Assembly (NCBI GenBank): GCA_946498265.1
Contig: CAMMNR010000002.1
Location: 1 to 33,703, forward strand
Direction of reading: 5' to 3'
Source of the DNA: an uncultured Clostridium sp.
GTDB lineage: Bacteria; Bacillota; Clostridia; TANB77; CAG-508
DNA: 33,703 bases
The translations under genes were made by a program, and so were the position numbers. Under the pieces are notes generated by a model. The model ran no database searches. It was not told where the DNA came from and saw nothing but the letters and a program-made list of their open reading frames with translations. Below are positions 33,398-33,703 of this stretch, in pieces. Within the stretch, counting starts at the first letter, position 1; every line of letters starts with the position of its first letter.

Positions 33398-33703
33398 TTA
33401 TATCATAGTAGCTAATATTCCTAACAAAAATCCTATTATATTTCCAATGGCTGTCATTCTTCCATGATATAATTTGTTTGATTCTGGTGCAAGTTCTCCT
33501 GATACTATATATAACATTGCACCTGCGGCAAAACTTAAGCATATTGCAATTATTTCTTGTGATATATTTCCTATTATTGCTCCAAAAAATGCTCCAATTC
33601 CTGTTGTCACTCCTGATAATACTACATAGAAAATAACTTTACTTTTTTTCATTCCTCCATTTTTCATAGGTACTGCCATTGATATTCCTTCTGGTTGATT
33701 CTG
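33398..33703 (-). CDS. ZIP-family (ZupT-like) divalent metal transporter, C-terminal part only. The 5' end is outside the window.
   Basis: The frame stays open to the window edge: QNQPEGISMAVPM... matches the (H)NxPEG(x)A(V) ZIP signature. Followed by CLSFAAGAMLYIVSGELAPES and GFLLGILATMI. Confidence 0.8.
   Translation of the reverse strand, partial: QNQPEGISMAVPMKNGGMKKSKVIFYVVLSGVTTGIGAFFGAIIGNISQEIIAICLSFAAGAMLYIVSGELAPESNKLYHGRMTAIGNIIGFLLGILATMI

Noticed and set aside
33345-33542. 65-aa minus-strand ORF overlapping the end of the ZIP transporter gene in another frame.
   Set aside because: It overlaps the ZIP CDS, which carries clear family signatures. It has no SD and an odd C/R/W-rich composition.

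Overview
Very AT-rich (roughly 25-30% GC by eye) chromosomal segment of a spore-forming Firmicute of the Clostridia type. Two parts. (1) Right ~13.7 kb (20.1-33.7 kb) is a conserved housekeeping and sporulation neighbourhood: a minus-strand cell-shape operon DUF4321-radC-mreB-mreC-mreD-PBP2-minC, plus mecA, an M23 (LytM) peptidase, two small CotF-type spore-coat genes, pcrA, and the 3' part of a ZIP metal transporter cut by the window edge. (2) Left ~19.8 kb is an accessory island. It holds two tandem, paralogous two-gene operons on the minus strand (A1-B1 and A2-B2) encoding four giant secreted surface proteins (about 1624, 1346, 1593 and 1845 aa; ~57% of the window). The A proteins are DUF11/SdrD-B-type repeat proteins. 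The B proteins have an N-terminal Cys-containing thioester-domain-like module, SpaA/Cna-B domains with E-box motifs, and SdrD-B/DUF11-like repeats. All four end in a non-canonical sortase-like sorting signal (SIRTG in A, [T/I]PPTG in B) followed by a TM helix and a basic tail. No sortase, regulator or mobility gene is visible. The intergenic DNA carries several long structured repeats. One is a ~266-bp composite element with 89-nt GC-rich inverted arms containing CGTCCC motifs; a second, inverted, partial copy abuts the stop codon of the last adhesin gene. There are also two unrelated long imperfect palindromes of ~149 and ~243 bp. No rRNA, tRNA, CRISPR array, transposase or integrase gene was recognised. 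The best candidate for an undescribed system is the duplicated A/B giant-protein cassette with its unusual sorting signals and pilin-like motifs. All domain calls are by-eye motif recognition and need HMM or structure confirmation.
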